Positions 58,249 through 64,000 of a stretch of 64,000 bases of DNA are shown in pieces (position 1 is the stretch's first letter; the number at the start of each line of letters is the position of its first letter). Origin of the DNA: an uncultured Christensenellaceae bacterium (lineage in GTDB: Bacteria > Bacillota > Clostridia > Christensenellales > CAG-314); NCBI GenBank assembly GCA_910586625.1, contig CAJUIZ010000009.1:5383-69382 (forward strand), in the 5' to 3' direction. The notes beneath the pieces were generated by a model. It saw only the letters and a list, made by a program, of their open reading frames with translations, ran no database searches and was not told the DNA's origin. The position numbers and the translations under genes were made by a program.

Positions 58249-59486
58249 AAAAATTTTTATCTGTTATTTTTGCGCTCGCAGTAGTTTTTGCGGGCGCTTT
58301 TGTTGTTTATCGGGCAGATACGGCTTTTGCCGAGACTGATCGCGAGCCTTGGAACGCCGTAATTGTTGCGGAGTATCGGGGCGACGTTTGCCGTTACGAA
58401 TTGGCAAAGCATATAAAGGGACGGGAAAACGAATCGGAATCCCGAGGATTTTATTTGGGACGCAGAGCTCGCGCTCGGCTTGCCGACGGACTTTTAAGAC
58501 AGCTTCCCAAGCGCGCGGTGTACGAGTATCTTTTCCCCGATTTCGGCGATATCGCCGAGCATTTCGAATATGTCTGCCGCGAACGTATAGACGCGACCGT
58601 AGGCTTTGATGCCAAGGGCTTTACCTATACTGCGGGGCAGGACGGAGTGTCCGTAAACGAAGACGAGTTGTTTTCCGCGTTGCTCCGTTCCGACGGCAAA
58701 ACGACGCGAATTACGTTGCCGCTTGTGTACGACAAGGCGGTAACTGTTGCCGAACTTAAACGCAATACCGTGCTAAAAGGAACGTTTACTACGCGTTATC
58801 TCAATAGCGGAGCAAACCGTTGTTTTAATATAGCGCGCTCGACAGGCAGTATTAACGGAATTACCGTTTACCCCAACGAGACTTTTTCCTTCAATAACAC
58901 AGTAGGCGCGCGTACGGAGAAAAACGGATACAAGCAAGCCAAGGTTATAATGGACGGACAGTACACAGACGGTGTGGGCGGCGGCGTATGTCAGGTGTCT
59001 ACTACGCTGTACAACGCATTGCTGCTTGCCAACTTTATTCCGTCGGCAAGCGCGCACAGTCTTGTGTCAAGCTACGTCAAGGCGGGCTTCGACGCTATGG
59101 TGAGCTACGGTTCGGCGGACTTGACGTTTGTAAACGACACGGGTTACCCCGTTTATATTCAAGGCGTAATCAAGGATAAATCCGTAACGTTTAACATTTA
59201 CGGCGTTCCCAATAAATATCGAGTAGAACGCGAGAGCGTTGAAGTGCGCGACAAATTTGTAACTTCCGAAATAGTAGACAAGGCCAAGTACCCCGAGCTT
59301 GTTTACACCGACCAAACCAAGGTGGTAATAAACGGCAGCGACGGGGTAAAATCACAGTCGTACTTGAAATATTATATCGACGGCGTTTTGACGGAAAGCA
59401 GGCTGATACGTAAAAACACGTACAAACGTGTAGACTGCGTTATAGCGCGCGGCTATGCCGAACGCCCCATTGACGACGCGCAGTAA
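58245..59486 (+). CDS. VanW-family protein with a C-terminal G5-like domain
   Basis: It has the VanW core (TVYPNETFSFNNTVGARTEKNGYKQAKVI...GGGVCQVSTTLYNA) and an N-terminal anchor. Its ATGA start overlaps the PHP gene stop. Confidence 0.85.
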   Translation: MKKFLSVIFALAVVFAGAFVVYRADTAFAETDREPWNAVIVAEYRGDVCRYELAKHIKGRENESESRGFYLGRRARARLADGLLRQLPKRAVYEYLFPDFGDIAEHFEYVCRERIDATVGFDAKGFTYTAGQDGVSVNEDELFSALLRSDGKTTRITLPLVYDKAVTVAELKRNTVLKGTFTTRYLNSGANRCFNIARSTGSINGITVYPNETFSFNNTVGARTEKNGYKQAKVIMDGQYTDGVGGGVCQVSTTLYNALLLANFIPSASAHSLVSSYVKAGFDAMVSYGSADLTFVNDTGYPVYIQGVIKDKSVTFNIYGVPNKYRVERESVEVRDKFVTSEIVDKAKYPELVYTDQTKVVINGSDGVKSQSYLKYYIDGVLTESRLIRKNTYKRVDCVIARGYAERPIDDAQ

Positions 59487-59630
59487 ATAATGAAAATTAT
59501 TTCCACTTAATTTATTGCTTTATATCGTGAAATTTAGTATAATCGAAATATAATAAAGCAGTAAAACGGCGCGTTTGTTAAAAGTTTTGCAACGCTACCG
59601 TCTTTTTTGCGTATTACCAAGGAGAACGTT

Positions 59631-61160
59631 ATGCCGACCAATAAAGAGCAAACGTCGTCGGTTGCGCTGGCTACGTTGCCCAACAGCGTAGAAGCGGAAC
59701 AGAATATATTGTATTGCATATTGCGCAATCAAGCTATGCAATTGGAAATATTGTCAAGGCTTACCGCCGACGATTTTTATCAAACCAATCACGCGGTAAT
59801 ATTCGATGCGATGAAGGATATTTCCCGTCGCTCGCATAAGGTGGGCGACGACAATATGTCCAACACCGTCAACTTCGCAAGCTTAGTGGACGCGTTACGC
59901 CGTAACGGCAAGCTTGCGCAGGTTGGAGATATCGACTACATCTTGCGCTTAAACGAGCTGCTGCCCAGTTCCGCCAATTATGACGAGTACTTGTCCATTG
60001 TCAAGCGCGCGTCCATGATGCGTAAGCTTATAGCGATATGCGGACAGGTTACGCAGCGCGCGTACAGTTCCGATTCCGCCGAAGACGTAATAACCTACGC
60101 CGAAGAAGAGATATTCCGCCTGTCGCAAAAGGATTACAACAGCGGTCTTACGTCTTTTGCCGACGAAACGGCGCGCGCAATGCTTAAAATAAACGAACGC
60201 TACGTAAACCCCGACAACTGCCGCGGCATACAAACGGGCTTCAAACGTTTTGACAATATGACCAACGGCTTGCACGGCGGCGAGCTTATAGTACTTGCGG
60301 CGCGTCCCGGCGTGGGTAAGTCTACAATGGCGATGAACATAGTGGAAAACGTTGCTAAAACGGGCAAAACTGTCGCCGTATATTCATTGGAAATGTCCAA
60401 CGAGCAGTTGGTAGAAAGATTGTTGTCCAGTATGTCGGGCGTCCCCTTGAAGTTTATTAAAAACGGGCAGCTGCAGGGCGGTGAAAACGATATCGCAAAG
60501 CTTCGCGTAGCTCAGGACGTAATAAGCTCCGCAATGAATCTATACGGCAACGATTACGCAAATATCCGCCCGTCGGAAATTTCTTCCCAGTGCCGCAGAC
60601 TAAAAGCGCAGCACGGGCTGGATCTTATCGTCGTAGACTACATACAGCTGATGAACAGCGACTCCAAGGACGCCAACCAGGGCAGACAGAACGAAGTGGC
60701 TTCCATCACCCGCGCGTTGAAACTTATAGCCAAGGAGCTCAACGTCCCCGTAATAGCCTTGTCGCAGTTAAAGCGCGACGCGGAAATCCGCAATATAAAG
60801 GGCGAAAAAACGGGCGGCGGCGAGCCTGTGCTGTCCGATTTGCGCGAATCGGGCGCAATCGAGCAGGACGCCGACATAGTACTGTTTATTCACAGAGAGC
60901 AGGATGCGCAAACAGGTACTGCCAATCATAAATTGATTATCGCCAAGCACCGTAACGGCGAATTGGGAGATATTCCCGTGTATATGCTGGGCAAAATCGT
61001 ACGTTTTGTCGACGACGATTATATAACCCGATACAACGTCAATGCGGAGCAGGAAGAAGCCGCAAAGCCGCAGTTTGACGGTGGTGACGCTGTATTCGGC
61101 GGCGATAACACCGAAGGAGAGTTTATAGTAAGCTCCGACGAAAATACGGAACAGGAATAA
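59631..61160 (+). CDS. dnaB: Replicative DNA helicase with an acidic C-terminal extension
   Basis: It contains PNSVEAEQNILYCIL, Walker A (ARPGVGKST), Walker B (LIVVDYIQLM) and RESGAIEQDAD. GGAG lies upstream of the ATG at 59631. Confidence 0.95.
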   Translation: MPTNKEQTSSVALATLPNSVEAEQNILYCILRNQAMQLEILSRLTADDFYQTNHAVIFDAMKDISRRSHKVGDDNMSNTVNFASLVDALRRNGKLAQVGDIDYILRLNELLPSSANYDEYLSIVKRASMMRKLIAICGQVTQRAYSSDSAEDVITYAEEEIFRLSQKDYNSGLTSFADETARAMLKINERYVNPDNCRGIQTGFKRFDNMTNGLHGGELIVLAARPGVGKSTMAMNIVENVAKTGKTVAVYSLEMSNEQLVERLLSSMSGVPLKFIKNGQLQGGENDIAKLRVAQDVISSAMNLYGNDYANIRPSEISSQCRRLKAQHGLDLIVVDYIQLMNSDSKDANQGRQNEVASITRALKLIAKELNVPVIALSQLKRDAEIRNIKGEKTGGGEPVLSDLRESGAIEQDADIVLFIHREQDAQTGTANHKLIIAKHRNGELGDIPVYMLGKIVRFVDDDYITRYNVNAEQEEAAKPQFDGGDAVFGGDNTEGEFIVSSDENTEQE

Positions 61161-61171
61161 GAGATGAACAT

Positions 61172-62812
61172 ATGTGCGAATATAAGAACTTTATAGAAGA
61201 TATAATAGACAACGACTTGGAAAGCGGCAAGGTTTCAACTGTTTGTACGCGTTTTCCGCCCGAGCCTAACGGGTATCTGCATATAGGTCACGCCAAAAGT
61301 CTGTGTATCAACTTCGGTTTGGCGCAAAAATACAACGGCAAGTGCAATCTGCGTTTCGACGACACCAATCCTTCCAAGGAAGATCAGGAATACGTAGAAA
61401 GTATCAAGAAAGATATCGAGTGGTTAGGCTTTAAGTGGGACAAGCTGTTGTTTGCGTCCGATTACTTCGACGTAATGTTCGACTGTGCGGTAAAACTTAT
61501 CAACAAGGGGCTTGCCTACGTATCCGACGAAACCGCCGACGAGATAAGAGAACGCCGCGGCACGCTTACGGAACCGGGAGTGGAAAGTCCGTACCGCAAC
61601 AGAACCGTCGAAGAAAATTTACAGTTGTTTTACGATATGCGCGACGGCAAGTTTCCCGACGGAAGCAAGGTGCTGCGCGCCAAAATAGATATGGCTTCTG
61701 CAAACGTCAATATGCGCGACCCGATAATTTACCGTGTGCTGCGCGCAACTCACCATAATACGGGTGACAAATGGTGCGTTTATCCTATGTACGACTTTGC
61801 GCATCCAATCGAAGACGCGTACGAAGGCATTACGCATTCCGTTTGTACGTTGGAATTCGAAGATCACCGTCCGTTATACAATTGGGTGGTAAGCAATTGC
61901 GATTTCCCCGCGCCGCTTCCGCAGCAGATAGAGTTTGCTCGGCTTAATATTACCAATACCATTATGTCCAAACGGTATTTGAAAAAGCTTGTGGACGAAG
62001 GCAAGGTAACCGGCTGGGACGATCCGCGTATGCCTACGCTTTCGGGAATACGCCGCCGCGGCTATCCCGCCGAAGCGTTGCGCGATTTTTGCGAGCGTAT
62101 AGGCGTAGCCAAGTCTAACAGCGAAGTGGAGTCGAGTTATCTCGAAGCGTGCGTAAGAGACAGTCTCAACCGCACGGCAAATCGCGTTATGGCGGTGTTC
62201 GACCCGTTAAAGGTTACGCTTGTCAATTACGACGGACGGGAAGAACTGACTGTGGAAAATAATCCCAATGCGGAAACTGTCACATACCGTCAAGTTCCTT
62301 TTTCCAAGACGCTGTATATCGACCGCAGCGACTTTGCGCTTGTTCCGCCGCCCAAATACTACCGCTTAAAACCGGACGGCTACGTACGGCTTAAAGGCGC
62401 ATACATTATCCGCTGCGACAAGGCTGTATTAGACGACGACGGCAATGTTGCCGAATTACTGTGTTCGATTGTGCCCAACAGCAAATCGGGGCAGGACGAA
62501 AGCGGAATCAAGGTTAAGGGCGTTATTCATTGGGTAGACGCAGACTCTTGCGTTGACGTCACGGTACGCAAGCTGCAAAGTCTGCTTACCGACGCGGTGG
62601 ACGGCGTAACGGATTTCAACGAGCGCTTCAATACGGAGAGTATGAAGGTGGTTTCCGCCAAGGTAGAACCGAGCCTGCTTAATGCTCGGGCGGAAGACCG
62701 CTTCCAGTTTATGCGCGTAGGCTACTACGTGTTAGACAGGGACAGCGACGGAAGTAACCTTGTATTCAACGAGATTGTCGGCTTAAAAGACGGCTACAAG
62801 CCGTCCAAATGA
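61172..62812 (+). CDS. glnS: Glutaminyl-tRNA synthetase
   Basis: It contains TRFPPEPNGYLHIGHAKS (the HIGH region) and IMSKRYL (the MSK region), plus the C-terminal anticodon-binding beta-barrels. Confidence 0.93.
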   Translation: MCEYKNFIEDIIDNDLESGKVSTVCTRFPPEPNGYLHIGHAKSLCINFGLAQKYNGKCNLRFDDTNPSKEDQEYVESIKKDIEWLGFKWDKLLFASDYFDVMFDCAVKLINKGLAYVSDETADEIRERRGTLTEPGVESPYRNRTVEENLQLFYDMRDGKFPDGSKVLRAKIDMASANVNMRDPIIYRVLRATHHNTGDKWCVYPMYDFAHPIEDAYEGITHSVCTLEFEDHRPLYNWVVSNCDFPAPLPQQIEFARLNITNTIMSKRYLKKLVDEGKVTGWDDPRMPTLSGIRRRGYPAEALRDFCERIGVAKSNSEVESSYLEACVRDSLNRTANRVMAVFDPLKVTLVNYDGREELTVENNPNAETVTYRQVPFSKTLYIDRSDFALVPPPKYYRLKPDGYVRLKGAYIIRCDKAVLDDDGNVAELLCSIVPNSKSGQDESGIKVKGVIHWVDADSCVDVTVRKLQSLLTDAVDGVTDFNERFNTESMKVVSAKVEPSLLNARAEDRFQFMRVGYYVLDRDSDGSNLVFNEIVGLKDGYKPSK

Positions 62813-62838
62813 ACGCGAACGCTATTGTCTTTTTGCCA

Positions 62839-62867
62839 TTGACAAACGGCATACGATAGTATATAAT
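62839..62867 (+). promoter_or_regulatory. Consensus sigma-A promoter
   Basis: TTGACA (62839-62844), a 17-nt spacer, then TATAAT (62862-62867). Confidence 0.65.
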
Positions 62868-62963
62868 ATATACTTGATGGTATCTTGCTTCGCGCGCGCG
62901 GGCATAGTACGCGCGTACGTCTCGGATACTGTTGCGTTTAAGCGATTAACTTTAGGTGAAACG

Positions 62964-63806
62964 ATGAAAGTATGCAAAAACTGTGGAGAGATAAATACTA
63001 ACGACTCGGTATTTTGCTGTAATTGCGGTAAAACAAACTTCGTTTTTCAAGAAGAAACGGTTTGTCGTAATTGCGGCGAAGTAAACGACAAGTCGTTTTC
63101 CCACTGTATCAATTGCGGGGCGGATTTGGCTGCGGAAGCCTTGATTGCCGACGACGGATACGTCGCTTCAAACGATATCGTCGTGGACGCTAACGAAATG
63201 AGCGTAGAGCTGTCCGACGTTTACGGCGGAGCGGTAATGACCCCGTCCGAAACGGCCAAGTGCCCCAAGTGCGGAGCGGCTGTGCCCATTACCGCTATAT
63301 TCTGTAACAAATGCGGTAATTCCGTTGCCGACCTGCACGATCACAGGGTGGTGCAACGCAAAGTTTGCCCGCATTGCGGCAAGCTCAATTCGCTCGAAGC
63401 GCATTTTTGCTCCTATTGCTTCGCGTCGTTGTCCGAAGCGGAAACGGAGAATATGCAGGTCGTGCACGAAACCCAGCATTTGGGTGAAGTGACGGTAAGG
63501 CAAGCCTGCTTGGAAAGCCCCGACGGTAAAAAGCTCATTTGCCCCAATTGCGGAACGCTAAATAATACGGACGAACCGTTTTGCGTCAATTGCGGCTTAA
63601 AGCTCGAAGTGGACGAGCCTAAGACCTACTGCGCCAACTGCGGCGCGGAAAATGCGGTAGACGGCACGTTTTGTACCAAGTGCCGACACTCGTTCGGGCA
63701 AGCCGTTCCCGACAGCGTGGACCAATGGACCTGCAAAGAATGCGGTTACTCTAACGAAAAAGACGATAAGTTCTGCTCTAAATGCGGAAAAAAGAGAAAA
63801 AAATAA
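62964..63806 (+). CDS. Protein built of about seven tandem zinc-ribbon (double zinc ribbon) units
   Basis: CxxCG...FCxxCG pairs repeat (CKNCG/CCNCG, CRNCG/CINCG, CPKCG/CNKCG, CPHCG/CSYC, CPNCG/CVNCG, CANCG/CTKC, CKECG/CSKCG). AGGTGA lies upstream of the ATG at 62964. Confidence 0.8.
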   Translation: MKVCKNCGEINTNDSVFCCNCGKTNFVFQEETVCRNCGEVNDKSFSHCINCGADLAAEALIADDGYVASNDIVVDANEMSVELSDVYGGAVMTPSETAKCPKCGAAVPITAIFCNKCGNSVADLHDHRVVQRKVCPHCGKLNSLEAHFCSYCFASLSEAETENMQVVHETQHLGEVTVRQACLESPDGKKLICPNCGTLNNTDEPFCVNCGLKLEVDEPKTYCANCGAENAVDGTFCTKCRHSFGQAVPDSVDQWTCKECGYSNEKDDKFCSKCGKKRKK

Positions 63807-63818
63807 GGAGTAAAAACT

Positions 63819-64000
63819 ATGAACAGTTCAAACAGTTTTAATATCTGTCCCCGTTGCGGGAATTCCAATTCTCTCAACGCCAAGTATTGTTCAAGATGTG
63901 GAGCCCAGCTCAAAGTGCCTCAGGAAGCGGTAGTTTGTCCCAAGTGCCACACGCGTAACTCGTCTCTTGCCAATTTTTGTCGTAACTGCGGCGCTACGCT
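63819..64000 (+). CDS. Second zinc-ribbon repeat protein; the 5' part runs off the window
   Basis: Hand translation gives MNSSNSFNICPRCGNSNSLNAKYCSRCGAQLKVPQEAVVCPKCHTRNSSLANFCRNCGAT. AAGGAG lies upstream. The gene is absent from the ORF track because it is open-ended. Confidence 0.7.
   Translation, partial: MNSSNSFNICPRCGNSNSLNAKYCSRCGAQLKVPQEAVVCPKCHTRNSSLANFCRNCGAT

Noticed and set aside
1-64000. CRISPR arrays, rRNA genes, transposases, prophage genes, and canonical defence or toxin-antitoxin systems.
   Set aside because: None were seen. There are no regularly spaced direct repeats, and no nuclease, integrase or capsid-like ORFs. The only repeats are short intergenic motifs and intragenic zinc-ribbon or LRR units.

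Overview
The window is a chromosomal segment from a spore-forming, Firmicutes/Clostridia-like bacterium (housekeeping genes look roughly 48% GC by eye). It is dominated by translation and transcription genes. In order: rpoB-rpoC-L7Ae-rpsL-rpsG-fusA-tuf; then rpmG-secE-nusG-rplK-rplA-rplJ-rplL after a two-gene wedge on the minus strand; rplI; prs; a sporulation block (M23 peptidase, spoIIGA, sigE); a long Bacillus-type SRP RNA; an ABC importer; T-box-controlled type-2 ileS; two tandem tRNA-Ala genes; dnaB-glnS. Three low-GC islets interrupt this backbone (about 35.1-35.9 kb, 39.5-41.4 kb and 50.6-53.0 kb). They carry XRE regulators, a BspA-type LRR surface protein, a CPBP protease and a Qnr-like pentapeptide-repeat protein. 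No CRISPR array, IS element, integrase or recognisable defence system is visible. The observations most worth follow-up are: (1) a G9 tract inside the promoter spacer of the ABC operon; (2) a C7 tract that splits a zinc-ribbon N-terminus from its gene body; (3) a roughly 127-aa insertion in the ABC ATPase; (4) an enlarged RpoB with a polyacidic tail; (5) a NifU-like/GGGtGRT gene pair of unknown function; (6) an extracytoplasmic protein built of alternating Cys/His modules; (7) a 5'-replaced ribokinase next to a repeat-dense spacer; (8) several structured non-coding regions. Two genes shorter than 60 aa (rpmG and a DUF1540 gene) and one open-ended gene at the 3' edge are missing from the ORF track and were added by eye. 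All family assignments come from motif recognition by eye, not from searches.
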